From Psammoneis japonica (Eukaryota): a DNA stretch of 64,000 bases. The notes under the pieces were generated by a model. It saw only the letters and a program-made list of their open reading frames with translations, made no database searches and had not been told where the DNA came from. Location of the stretch: assembly GCA_008632985.1 (NCBI GenBank), contig QPGO01000031.1:310001-374000 (forward strand), in the 5' to 3' direction. Below, one piece after another: positions 37,175 through 49,827 of the stretch; positions within the stretch are counted from its first letter, which is position 1; each line of letters starts with the position of its first letter. Both the position numbers and the translations under genes were made by a program.

Positions 37175-37969
37175 CAACCCGGCAGTGCTTTTTTGTGCGT
37201 ATTTGGAGCTTAAGCAATTAGAGAAATAGTTGCGTGTTCTGGCCAAGTGCCACTGCACCGTAAGACTCACTCCGTCTAGTAGGTTTCTTGGAGCAGAAGC
37301 AATTCTTTATTCGAAAATTTTCAATCCATGTCTTCCCAAATTAACCCTTGGGCACAGCAAGAATTGCAGAGGAAATTTAGAGGTATTATCTAATACGACT
37401 TCTTTGTCTAACTCTGGAGACCGCTACTTAGTCATGGCACCTGTACCGGTACAATCGGGTCCATCTTCCGACGCACGAATCACCGAAGGAACTGGAGGAG
37501 ATGCTGAGGCGTGCGATGATGTGGTTGTGATGATCTAAATTTATAGCAGTTTGTCTTGCAAGCTTGGCTCTACAGAGTTTTAGGTGGAAATCGTCGGCAT
37601 TGTAGGACCACCTGTTTGTTTACCTATTGTCACAAAATGCCGCTCGTGTTGAACGTTGAAACCAGACTCTGCAAAGGAACAACGAGTAGAACCGGTCTAC
37701 TCTGCCAGCACTCTCTATTCTCTCTAGAGAGAGTCTCTACTCAAGCTTGAGTAGACCTACTCTCTACACGCTCTAGCTAGAGAGAGGAGTTCACGTTCGT
37801 TAGCATTTGCCGCACGGTGTCTGGCTGCGCTGACGTTCAAAGTCCATGACGTCATGATGGCTAAAACGCGTTCCTTTCAGTCGTGGGTCGTGGCACAAAA
37901 ACGTACCGGTGCACTGCAATGCCATGGAAACATTGAGAATGGCGTCAAAAAGTAAAATGAACATCCATC

Positions 37970-40150
37970 ATGACGCCACAACGAAAACCTTGGAGACGGA
38001 ACCTTGTGCTGAGATTGTTTGCGCAATTAAGGAGAGCATGCACCATGTGTTTCAAGAGACCTGACAACACTGTTGTGTTTCGGGTCACGACACCCGCCAG
38101 TGTGAAACCGGGTGAGGAATTCAAAGTCTGTGCCGGCATCAACATGATTGCTGTCAAATGTCCTTCTTCCTTGAGTGCAGGAGAAAGCTTCCAAATGAGG
38201 GTGCCACAGAAGCTTCTGTTGGATCCCCCGAATGTCCAAGCAATTGACGGAGACACCCACTCGGTGTCCATTCCCAAAGGCGTGTTGCCGGGACAACGTT
38301 TTCTTGCTTCGATCCGTGGACAGTGACATGTCCTGAAAATGCCACGCAAACTAAAGTGCATTTTCTGCCTTCAAAGTGTGACTCGCAGTTTTATGAAGTT
38401 GAGGTTCCAGAGGGAGTGGAGCCGGGAGAAAGGTTTCTCGCTTCGGCTGGTGGTGTCTGTGCACTGGTGACTTATCCCAAGAATGCATCTGCCGGCACAC
38501 GGGTGCGCTTTGTTGTGCCAAAAAGCGCCGGACAAATGATGGATGTAGAGGAAATGCCACCAGAATCCATTCAACTCTCCTGCCACAAGGCCGGTGGGTG
38601 GGCGCGCACAATTAGACTCTCGGATGTGAAATTTCAGTGGATCCGGGACAAGCACTTGTGCTTGAAAACGAAGGCCTGCGTTCGTAAAATCGAATGTGGG
38701 ATGGAAGACAATTCCGTTCTTCACACTGGAAGCTTGTGTCTTGCACCCATCAGCAAAGAAATGATTGACTCAAAGATTTGTGGGAGAGACGGCTGGGTCG
38801 TTGCCTCGCACGCGGACATTGCCAAAGTTCAAGGAAAACCGTTTGAAGAAAAGTGCCAATGGTTTCAAGACACCTGTGCACAGCCATGTGTCGAATTGAA
38901 CGAAGGGCACGTGCATGTGAATGTCTCCCGTGCATTTTTGTTACAAGACTCGGTAGATGCAGCAATGAGTCTGAGTCGCAAAGACTTTTGCAAGTTGTGG
39001 AGATTTGAGTTCATTGGTGAAATGAATGTTGAAGCCGGCGGACTGACAAGAGATTGGTTTCAACTCGTTTCGGAAGACATGTTTGATCCTGACATGGGTC
39101 TTTGGCAATTCAGTGAGGCCAATCGCAACCTCATGCAAATGATTCCAACTTCGGGTGAGTTCACATGAGAGGCATGCGCAGCTCCTGAGTTCTTCTTTGT
39201 TGGCACTTATCCAGACAACTCTTCGACCTTTTTCTTCATCAATGTTAGAGTTCTGCTGCAAGGACAAGTTGGTTCACTGCAGATTCTTGGATCGTGTCAT
39301 GGGAAAGGCCCTTTTTGATCGCCAGCTGTGTTCCAGCCACATGACGCCGCACATGCACAAGCACGTGCTCGGCTGGCCCGTGGCATTTGAAGACCTTAAA
39401 TTCGTGGACAAGGAGCATTGCACCAGTCTCAAGCAGCTGGAGACGGTGAAGAGTGGCGAAGACTTGTCAAAGCTTTGTCTGGACTTTACGACCACGACAG
39501 AAGTTTCGGGAAAGACGAAAGAAATTGAGTTGATTCCTGGAGGTGCCGACGTTGAATTGAACAATGACAACTTCCCCGAACACCTTGAGGCCTGTCTCAA
39601 ACACAAGCTGCTCGACAACATCAAGCCCCAGCTCTTTGAGTTGCTCTTCGGGTTCTATGATGTAGTGCCCGAGCCTCTCTTTGCCGTTTTCGACTTTGAG
39701 GAATTGGAGCTGCTCATGTGTGGGCAGCCCGAAATCGACATGGATCAATGGAAGACCCGCGCAGAGCACAAATGGCGAGCACCGTGGAAATCCTGACCAT
39801 CCTGTTTGCCGTTGGTTTTGGGAGGTTGTGACCGATTTCGAGTGCGAAACGAAAGTCAGCCTCCTTAAGTTTGTCGCAGGAAAGTCAAGCACCCCGACAC
39901 TAGCTTGCAGGAAAACGATGGAAACATTCGAAAATTCACAGTGCACGGCGTTCCAGTTTCCAGTTGGTGTCTGCCTTCACCCTCGTGCACAGTGAGTTTG
40001 GTCGATGTAAAAGCAGCGCTCCTTTGCCTCTACGCTTGTGACCTCTTTTCTAACTGCTGCACTGACTGTGCTTGATTTCTTTTTGCATCCAACATGCATA
40101 ATGTACAGTGGCACCAGCTTCAATCAGACAGAGCATGTACGAATGAAATC
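37970..40150 (+). pseudogene. Tandem HECT E3 ligase paralog, frameshifted and Tyr>His/Cys hypermutated
   Basis: Collinear with the intact gene and has the same intron positions. Frameshifts at ~38325, ~39770 and ~39900. EHLEACLKHKL vs EYLEAYLKYKL. Confidence 0.9.
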
Positions 40151-40432
40151 ATCGAAGGAGGAGCTTCAATTCAGACGAGAAGGTTGCCGCTTGTGCTGCA
40201 GCGTGATTGTAAAAGTACATAAAATTCGATAGTAGATTGCCGTTGAAAAAGTATATTTATTTGGTGACCTATACATCATAGATCGTCCCCTTTACTACAT
40301 AGAGCGCATTCCAAAAAATTCGAAAGAAGCCAACACTCAGGCCAAGCAAACGCTCCATGCGCCATGAGGCGTGAAGGTGAAGGAGGCGACAGTGATAATA
40401 CTGAAGCAAACTGCCAAACCTGACGTACCATA

Positions 40433-41083
40433 ATGTCGACAATAGCACCCGCATTTGCAGCCGCACCACTCATTCACAGCAGGCATGTCACCGCCTTTGC
40501 CGCAACGATCTTATCTCAACAGTTTCAACAAGCGACATGCTCACGGCCACGTGTCACCTTGTATGCAAACCGTGAACCGCAGCAAGAGGAGGATGTGATC
40601 TTTTCAGTGTTGGACAAGATCACACAGGTCTTTTCAGCTCCAACACCAGGATTTAACTCGCTTGCATTGGGATACCCACTGGCGCTCTTGGCGTCTACGG
40701 CGTTTTTACCCTTGACCACTTCGATTTTTTCAATGGGTTTCTTCGTTGCTTACGCGAGTTTGGGTCGAAGTATTGTCGTGGGAACCGAGAACGATCAAGA
40801 CTTTGAGAGTACGAATACTTTGGATTTGGCATGCTTCTTGGGGGCGATTGCGTCGGCGGGAATTCTTTCGCCGAGTGGTTTCGGAGATGGAAATGGCATG
40901 CCAATTACGTTGTTGTCGGGATCCAGTCTACTTGGCGTTCTTGGAGTTGTGCTAGTCGGATTGGCTGTGGCATCTACAGTCCTTTCTCCTAAAGAAGTGG
41001 GTGAAGACTTCTCTTCTACCTCTGTCGATAAAAGGCTTTTAGACATGTGGGATGAGCGGTTCAGACAAGACGATGAATTGTGA
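40433..41083 (+). CDS. Hypothetical membrane protein, possibly plastid-targeted
   Basis: 216-aa ORF with several hydrophobic segments and an Ala/Thr/Ser-rich N-terminus. Confidence 0.65.
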   Translation: MSTIAPAFAAAPLIHSRHVTAFAATILSQQFQQATCSRPRVTLYANREPQQEEDVIFSVLDKITQVFSAPTPGFNSLALGYPLALLASTAFLPLTTSIFSMGFFVAYASLGRSIVVGTENDQDFESTNTLDLACFLGAIASAGILSPSGFGDGNGMPITLLSGSSLLGVLGVVLVGLAVASTVLSPKEVGEDFSSTSVDKRLLDMWDERFRQDDEL

Positions 41084-41776
41084 CATAATGCCTTCCGGCC
41101 CGATGTGGTCAGTAGGCTTAGCTACTTCATTAGTGTGAAATAGATGTATAGACAAGGGCTTTGCGCCGGTGATTTTGAAACGTCTTTCTTCTTCCTTGGG
41201 TTGCTGGAAACAGGGCGGCTGGGCAATTATTGATACAGTATTATACGTACTGAGATTCTCTCCGAACTAGTCGTAGAGACATTGCTGCATTTTACCGATG
41301 GCTACAGTAAGCTGCTAGCAACTTAGATTGACTCTCCATTTCTTGTCGAGTTCTTCACCTACCGATACCTACCTTGCTTTTGATTCCTAGCTACTGCACT
41401 TGCCGACAACTCTCTTCAACCTAAACATGCGACCTACCTCAGGGAAACATGCAAGAGCAAGTTACAAATGGTGAAACATCGAGCAAGTAACTGTTTCGCC
41501 TATTTCAAATGAGGAAAAAGCTGTTTATAGAATTTTCTTTTCGTCAAATCATACAACTACTTCTCCTGTAGAGACGGACCCCATCAAGGTTATACATATG
41601 TCGCGTGTCGTTTCTACAGCATCAGGATTGCGTTCCAAACAGCTCGTCGTAACTATTTTCCCAAGCCGTGGTTACTTTAGTTATGACCTTCGTTTGACGG
41701 GAGTGAGGACCTTAAAAGGCACCGTCTTACTTGAATAATTCCCCTTCCCCCCTCTCAGTGGTCTCTCTTTGAAGAA

Positions 41777-43671
41777 CTATTTGCTCTCCTTGCCAAAAAA
41801 CTTGGAAAGAAGAGACACAAGCGACATGACTGACTGTTCCAACCCCAACGGCACAGTCTCTCCAGAGTGTTTCAATGTTGTCAACGTTTGGTGAAAGACC
41901 TCTGCAACACGCAAGGCTCGTTCCCCCGCCTTGGCACCAAAGAGGCCAGCCGCGTACTTTTCCGGAAAGCCGTCCTTGGTAAAGAGACCGTGAAGAAACT
42001 CTGTGCAGGCTCCAATTTCATCCACGTCACTACTCGCAATGGCTCCCAAGAACTCTTCTTCATCGTGTTTCATTTCTCGAAGCATTTGTGCCTTGGCCTT
42101 TTTGTCCAAATGGGAGTAACCCTTTCGAATCCGGACGGGTTCGTATCTTGGCCCATAGTCGACAAAGATTTCCGTCTCGGTAGTTCCGTCCGCTGGAATA
42201 CAAAGTTCCTTATTGCCAGTGACAATGCCAAGCAAGTAGTGTACATTGCCCTCGGGATCACTCTCGGCTCGAATCGTTGCCACTTGTTCCGTCCCGCCGC
42301 CGCACTCGTTGACATAGGAAGGAATGTGGCAACGAGCAAGCTCGTGCACGTCGCCCGTGACATCGTCTGTAATGTCAAGCTCATAGTCTTCCTGTTTGGC
42401 TTCAAAGGTCCATTCTTCGCATTTGAAGGAATGAATGTAATTCTTCAAAAAGTAAACGCACGTTTCCTTCTTGTCCTCCTTGCAAAAGGGAGCGTAGACG
42501 CCCAAGTCCAACAACTCACCAGCCTCCAACACAAACTTGTTGTTGTTGGACATTCCACCAAGAGACAAGACCGGAGTAGCCTTGACAAAGACACCATAAC
42601 CAGCATCTGGTATGGTGGACTCTTTGACGTTGAATTCCAAATGATAACCTCGAAAAGTGAGTGTCAAACGAGGCAGTTCGACAATGCCAACTTGCACCAT
42701 TTTCTCAGTGCGGAATTGGGGTGTGAGCCACATCCAACTCGATTTCGTTGCAATCTTTTTAGGAACGGGTTCACCCATTAATGTTGCAAACGACAGACAA
42801 GCACCCGCCGCCAATTCGTAGGAAATCTTGCCAGTCTCGGGGACACTTGTCCCACAGACATTGGCAACAGAATTGACGTGGTATAACGACTCTTTATCGT
42901 ACTCAATCACAACCACATCCTTGCTGTCTTCTTCTTCATCATCACTAGTACTATACTCCAAACCTTGAACGGTCCCATACACGATTTTGGTACGTCCTTC
43001 CACGTCCGTCCATTGCTGCAACGTACCCAGTCCAATCAAGGCCGAGTAGTTGCGACTTTTATCGCGCTTGGTTTTCTTGTTGTTGCGTTGCTGCGCATAA
43101 TGACGAGGAGGAGGCGCCTTTCCATACACCCTGCGGTACGACTGAACGGTACAAACGTGGTGTTGCATCATACCGTCCAAGTAGTCTCCGTCATCGAATT
43201 TTACCTGACATACATAGACACATCAAAAAACAACTTTTTGTTGTAAGGCAAACGTGTGTCAACAATCAACAAAAGCAGATAGAGTACTCTGTCATGTCCA
43301 TACGCACTTACAGCATAAAGAATAGCTTTACCGCGATGCGTCTTTTTCTCAATGGTTCCCCAATACCATTCGTTATTGTTCCACTTGCAAAACACACGAG
43401 ATCCCACCTCTCGCTGATTCTCTGGATGGCTTTCATCATTGGCAACAAGTAGTGAAGAGGGCGTCGTGATGACGGCCTTCCTCTTTGAACCACCTGCCTG
43501 GGACGGACTTGCATGTGTTGACTGGGCTACTCGGCCCCCGTCCCTCTTGGTATTTCCTCTCCGAGCGCTAGCAAACGGCGTCATGGTGACTTCTGGAGCG
43601 TTCGTTGGATGATGTTGTGTGATGTTGAATGTGTGTTGTGTGTCGGATCTTTTGGACTTTGGACGCGCCAT
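41777..43671 (-). CDS. Tudor-like plus divergent SET-like domain protein; intron 43205-43311
   Basis: Spliced VGSRVFCKW...WYWGTI...LYA|VKFDDGD is Tudor-like. VKESTIPDAGYGVF, SYVNE and EIFVDYGPRY are SET-like. Confidence 0.65.
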
Positions 43672-43819
43672 TTTTTCGAGCGATCATTCTGTTTTGGGTT
43701 GCTGTGCTTCATGCTCAATGCTCACAGATAGATGTAGATAGAACAGAACGGTGCTTTGCTGGTTCTACTCTAGAGTGGCAGCTACTTAGCAGCCACTGGC
43801 TAGCTGCCACTAGAGTGGC

Positions 43820-45880
43820 TGTTCATGCCAATCTCTTTCGCATTGCATTGACATTTTTGGGGGGTCCGGTTTCCCCAAACAACGAACGCTGGCATCTGTT
43901 TTCTGCTGACTCTGGGTTGTCAATTGTCTTTGCGCAGTCCACCCCGCCATGTTCTTGTGTCTGGCATCTCCTGCTGGCTCAAACACTGCATGCATGAAGC
44001 ACAGCACAACTGCTGTGTTCACCCCAGGCAAGGGAAAGAGATCTGCAGCAAAGCATCACAACCATCTTTTTGCGCATCATTGTCAACCAGCCAACTCATC
44101 TTCACCACGGCAACACATTTTTCCCCAAGAATGAGTGACACACGCAAGTCTCTGGTCATTGTTGTGGAAATGAAAGTTGTTTCCTTGTCAACAACCTGGA
44201 CAACTGCACATTTCTCTTGATGGCCCCAAATGCTGCAAGCACCCCGCTGTTGAGGCCACCCCTGTTGTTTTTTTTCTGCCACTGGGAGATGGTTGTTTGG
44301 GGCATTGTTGTTGGTTGGCATGTCACAAGCTTTGCTGTGGACCAACCAGCCTTCCTCTTCACAATGTCAACCAACCCCTGTGCAAAAAATTGAAAGCAAT
44401 TGCGCTCAAGCTTCCAAGTGGGATGACACAGTGTGCTGCAAAGCACCAAGGTTGCTTTGCAAAACAACTGTTGGTGTTTGCATTGGGGACACTAGCTTCT
44501 CCCCAAAGAAACCATTTTGCAGTTGTTTCAAAAAAGCCAAGATTGGACCACTGCAAAAGGATGCTGTGAAATTCGCCAGTTCAGCAAGCTGCACATGGGG
44601 ACACATTGCTCTGTTTGTGGGGAAAAAAGCTGAGAAAAAGAATCAAGAGAAACACATGCAAAGGAGCTGCAAAAGCAAGGGGCATTGGCAGATTTGACAG
44701 TGTGCGCACCATGATTGCACATCATCTTTTTCTCCTGGTGCAGTGCAGACAAGGTGAGATGATGGACAAAGAAAAAGAAAACAAAAGTTGAGAAAATCAG
44801 GTGTGAGCCTTCTTTGACCATGTTCCAACCATGCCAGGATTTCTTCTCTTTGCACCCAAAATCAATGACTTGTTGCAGTCAACTTTGCCAAACTTGTTTG
44901 CTTTTTTGGCTGCTGCTGAAGAACATTGATGGTTGATGAGGTGGCCATCACAGCTGTTGGATGCTCCCAGATTTGTGTGGGGTGCAATTCTGTGCAAGCG
45001 CCCACAGGGTTGTCCCTTGTGAGAGTGTGGCGGTGTGCACTTTGGGGTGCTGGGCCATTCCGCCAATGACAGAGAAACCTGAGGCATCGGAAGGGAGATG
45101 CTCTGTTGTGCCAGCGTTCGCGAGGTGTGGTGCCACCATGGTGTTGCATCTCTTTTCATTTTCCTCCCAATTTTAGTGTCTTTTCTGCATGAAATTCCAC
45201 ACGATTCAGTCAGCAATGTCCAAGTGTCAGTTCCTTCTGCACAAGTTTCATGTGCATTTCTACGCGTTCAGCCAGAATTTCGAGTCGACGACTGTGCTGG
45301 GTTCATCCTCTTGTTCTTCTCACCAACGCACTTCCTCTGAGTTTTCTTTCCAACAGACTGCAATTTATGATGGATGTTCCATGGCATTCCCAAGTGGGCT
45401 TTCATGAGTCTTCCAAGTGAGCAGCATTTCCAAGTCGTGGTGTTTGCTTCTCTCGCACTTCGATGCTGCAGCTTCCGCGCACAATTTCTCTGCACTGTTC
45501 TGCGCATGATGGAATTTTCACCCAACAATCCCGATCATCATTTCCTTTCCTTTGTTGGGGTCCTTGTTGGACTTTCCTGGATGTTTTTCATCCCAGGAAC
45601 TTCTCTCACATTCTGTTCAAGCACATTGTCTTCAGAGACAGACGCGTGCTCAGTTTTCTGCAATGTTCATTTTTGGTGTCTCTCCCACATGGTGTGGCTG
45701 GGCTCATCCATTCTTTGAGGCACAGCAGCTGTGGTTGCCGTGCAACAAGCATCCAGTTGGTTGCCATTTTGACTTTGACAATGAGTTGAACAGCTGTCAA
45801 ATTGTCCCTGTCGCTCTTTGTGAGTGCTGGGGAGCCTGGGTCTGCTGTGGTCGGCGTTGGTGTGGGTGGCAGCGAGGCAG
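43820..45880. other. TpA-depleted degenerate element of unidentified family
   Basis: Only a few TA in ~2 kb, and Tyr-free His/Cys-rich ORFs in all frames. Confidence 0.55.
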
Positions 45881-46147
45881 CGGTAAAATAGATTTCGTTT
45901 TCGTAGTTTATGTGGGATGGATGAGCATCATGCACTCGGGATTTCGCGCTAAATGTCCCATCGTCATGAGCCATCAACGCGAGAGAAAATCAAGCAAAAA
46001 CTTGCAAAAACATCGCCGGCCCGAGCTCCGAGCTCGCCGGAAAAAGCATACTGAGTCTTACATGCGCAGTTTTCGGTAGTTTTCTCACGTGGCGCCCACC
46101 GACGAAAAAAATCTTCCGAAACAGCCGCAATGCCACACAATTGCTGC

Positions 46148-47063
46148 ATGCCAACCATGTTGCCCGCAACCGTCATGCGTCGTGCCTTGTTGCAACAACA
46201 CGGTAGAAAGAGCCGGTAAGTTCTTGTCCTACAAGATGGTTTTCTTGAAGATTTGGAAAATGACACATGTGTCTGCTCACATGACGCAAAATACGGGGTT
46301 ACAAAAACGATCGCCTCATTCATGTTGTGTACGATTTTCTCGTTTGAGAGATTCTCACGTGCGGCCTTGTTGTTTTGCTTCTTTTTTTTTTTAGTCTCCT
46401 CTTGTCATTCTCCAAAAGCACACATTTCGCTCGCACATCCGTCTCGTTTTACAGCAGCACGAGTGTACAATACGATTTACCCTATCACATTGTAGTCGGC
46501 ATGCCGGCCTTGTCTCCCACCATGGAAATGGGCACGCTGGCAGAATGGAATGTTGGCGAGGGTGAATCCTTTGTGGCGGGTGATTCTCTTGCCAAGATTG
46601 AAACCGACAAGGCCACGATTGATTTTGAAGCACAAGACGATGGACATGTGGCCAAACTCTTGGTCGAGGCGGGAACACCCGATGTCGCTGTCGGCGTACC
46701 ATCATGGTGACGGTGGAAGAAGAAGAAGATGTAGCGGCATTTGCCAATTATGAAGCGCCTGCTGTAGAAGCAGCTGTAGAGGAAGAAGAAGAATCGGCTG
46801 TGGCTGCTGCACCAAAAGAAGAAGCAGCTGCTGCACCGCCGCCTCCTCCTCCCACACCAGAACCCGTTGTGGCTGCTGCTGCACCCGAGCCAGTCGTTGC
46901 GCCCCCAACTCCAACACCACCCGCCGAGCCCGTTGCTGTTGCGACAATGTCACCCGCGTGGGGTCAAATGGCCAAGATGTCTTCACCCATTGCCAAGACG
47001 CTTGCCGCTCAACAAAAGGCATACATTGAAAAGTATGGAACAACCGGACAAGTGCCATTGTAA
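46148..47063 (+). CDS. Mitochondrial single lipoyl-domain protein (PDH E2/E3BP-like N-terminus only); intron 46216-46394 and a 1-bp frameshift ~46700
   Basis: Transit-peptide-like exon 1, then MPALSPTME, IETDKAT and an Ala/Pro/Glu linker. One added base gives VGVPIMVTVEE. Confidence 0.82.
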
Positions 47064-47511
47064 AAACGAGTGCTAATAAGGATGGTGCTCGAACGTTTTT
47101 GAAATAAATTGAAAATTTAATTTATGCAAGATAAATGTATCATGTGTACAAAATCGTTGGACGATCTCTCTACAAACAAGGCAGAGCTTGTGTATTGACA
47201 GTATATAACGTTCGTTCAGAGCCTCCTCTCGTAGAGCTGAAAAATTGCGTCCGCAGTAGCATAAGGTAGCCGGAATTCATCGACAAAGGACTTCCAATCC
47301 AAACTAGAGAAAAAGAGAGAGAAACAAAACAAGGGGGGGTGTGGAGCAATGCCTTGTAATGTCGCAGACTTGATACTGTTGTGTACTCGTATTCGTGGAG
47401 AGAAGAGTATCGAAAAACGTACCAAACCAAAAAGAATAGACATGGCATCTTGATGTTTTGCTCTCTTGTGTATATCTCTCTCTCTCAAGTTCTTGTCTTG
47501 TCTTCTTCTTC

Positions 47512-48483
47512 TTACATGAGTTCCTCTTCTTCCTTCTTTTGCTTTTCCAGCAAATCTTGAAGAGCTTCTTCGAGTCGAAACCTCTTGGTAAGTTCCGGTC
47601 GGACATCGTCCATATCATTTAATTCATGAAGTAAATCGACAACATGCGTCAATGTATTATCCGATGGATCATCGTAAAAATTGGAAACCAAAATGCCATT
47701 GGCAGGATTGGCTAAAAAGCTGAGTGGATTGTTATCCACCAAGACGGTTCGATGAGATCGTGTATTGGGCAAATCGAGATTGGCCAAATCCTTAACGTAG
47801 GCTCCGGTGGATTCATCAAAGGCACACGATTCACGATACCATCGTTTGGCAAAGCGTGTACCGTATGGATCCAAATTGTCTAGCACGGGTGATGCGTACA
47901 CCTCCATGGCAGCGGTAAAAACGTGTGTTTCATACGTCGATGTGACTTGTTCGAGAAACTCTTCGAGATAGGGGCGTTTATTGACTTGAACCAAATCACC
48001 GTCGGGTAAGGAAATACGAAAACTCTCGACACGACCCATGGGATGAAAGTCACCATTAAACAGAGAATCATTGCGGCGTCTTGCAACTTGATGAGCCCAC
48101 TTGGCAGCAACATCGTGACGAGACATGAATTGTGAATGAATCAAACATTCATCCATATCCAATACGACAATCAAATCCGAATCAAACGTGCGTGGTTCGA
48201 CTTGTTGTTTCTCGATGGAATCATACACCAACGCCGCAGCAGCCGAAGCGCTGCGAGTGTTATTGCCTGGAATGAGTGATTCTTCTTCTTCTAATAGCAC
48301 TGCTTCATAATCACGACGTTGTTTGTGATTAGGCTGTTGCATAATGAGATTGGGTCGTTTGGGTTGCTGAATCAAATTGGGTCTTGATGATGAGACGGGT
48401 GGAGATGCCATGGTAGACAACACCCGCGCTCGAAGAACTGGCGAGCGTGCACCCCATTTTGCAACACGAACTAACAACGCCAT
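47512..48483 (-). CDS. CTD small phosphatase-like / NIF (FCP1-homology) HAD protein
   Basis: Motifs VVLDMDECLIHS, KRPYL, VFTAAMEVYA, YVKDL and VLVDNNP. Confidence 0.9.
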   Translation of the reverse strand: MALLVRVAKWGARSPVLRARVLSTMASPPVSSSRPNLIQQPKRPNLIMQQPNHKQRRDYEAVLLEEEESLIPGNNTRSASAAAALVYDSIEKQQVEPRTFDSDLIVVLDMDECLIHSQFMSRHDVAAKWAHQVARRRNDSLFNGDFHPMGRVESFRISLPDGDLVQVNKRPYLEEFLEQVTSTYETHVFTAAMEVYASPVLDNLDPYGTRFAKRWYRESCAFDESTGAYVKDLANLDLPNTRSHRTVLVDNNPLSFLANPANGILVSNFYDDPSDNTLTHVVDLLHELNDMDDVRPELTKRFRLEEALQDLLEKQKKEEEELM

Positions 48484-49827
48484 GGATCACTACTAGAATC
48501 AATTGGAAACAGAAACAAGAGTGTGTCGTAGGAATGTTATAAAGGAGAGTAGTAGTGTGGGTGTTAGTTGTGGATCGTGGACAGGAGAGAGTGATGTACG
48601 TTTGATGGATACTACTCGTAATACGATTGATCACGCACAGCTGGTGTGTTTTTGTGTGTGTGGAATGATTTTTCCGGGATTTCTGCGTGTTGTGCTTTGC
48701 TGGTACAAAATCTACGGAAAATTGTACGAGACCGTGACTTTGTGATCCTGAAATTGCGTCTCGTAGCTTTTCAGTACAGTTTGGTACTAAATTCTACGAG
48801 GCAATATCGTAGAGTCAACGAAATATAACATTCATTTTGAATATATTTATTACTATTTTTTGTCCATTCCACGTCAAGTCAATCAGTACTAATTTCGGGC
48901 GACCTTTCTAAATTCCTTCCAAAATTCCGGAAGTTTGACTTGTCCATAAGTAACTCCTTCAATGAGAATTTGGGTGACGTCACGTGTAACGATGAAAATG
49001 CAAAAATTGGGTGCCAAACGTCAGCGTCAATTCCAGAGAAACAAATATAATATTAAGGGATGGATATTACGAATATAAATAAAATCCATAACCCGTTGCA
49101 AATGATGCATACGAGAATGGAGATAAATGTTTTTTGATGTGGGTCGATCTTTAGAAACAACATTTGAAATTATGTGTCATCGTATGTTCTTTATGTGTAG
49201 AGAGTGGAAAACACCGACAGCAGCACAGTGTCCCAACGTCGAACGAACAAGAACTCCCTCATGCAATGAGATGGCATTTTGACTTGCCCCCAACACCAAC
49301 ACTGCACCATGATTGATGGTTGCCACATGTGAGTCTTGCCAATCCTGTTCTTTGATGTCCACAAAATCTGCAAAGTGACAAGAAGAGGGGGGAGCAGATG
49401 CAGAGGTGTGCGCCGCTGTCAAGGGACGAGACAAGCGCCAGTGAAAACAATTGACTTGTGTGGTGGCTGGCACTCTTTGATGACAATTGGACATTGCAGC
49501 AGCTGGCTTGTTGTTGAGCAGCAGCTCTTTTGCTTGGGAGGGGGGTGTCATGCTGCCCTCGAGATCAGCAGCCCACACACATGTGGCAGCACTCTCTCAG
49601 ATGGACACGAGAGTCTGCACGTGCTGCTGCTGCTGGCAGCTGTGCTCAAAACAACCTGGTTGTTTTCCTCCTTGCTCCCACAAAAATGGAATTTTCAATC
49701 AATGGCCACTGCACAGACTGACCCACTTTCCCTCTCAACACTCAAGTCACACCCCCACACATGCCAGTCTGTTGCAAGAGAAAGATTGTGCTTGGTTTTG
49801 TGTGTTTTTTCCTTGGGGTGGTTGAGC

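Noticed and set aside
41867..42781. Long antisense ORFs (304 aa here; also 11404-12036 and 29596-30306)
   Set aside because: They are shadows of better-supported genes on the opposite strand.
48790..49200. AT-rich block (also 19900-20500) as a transposon end or MITE
   Set aside because: I could not find a matching TIR or TSD in the window.
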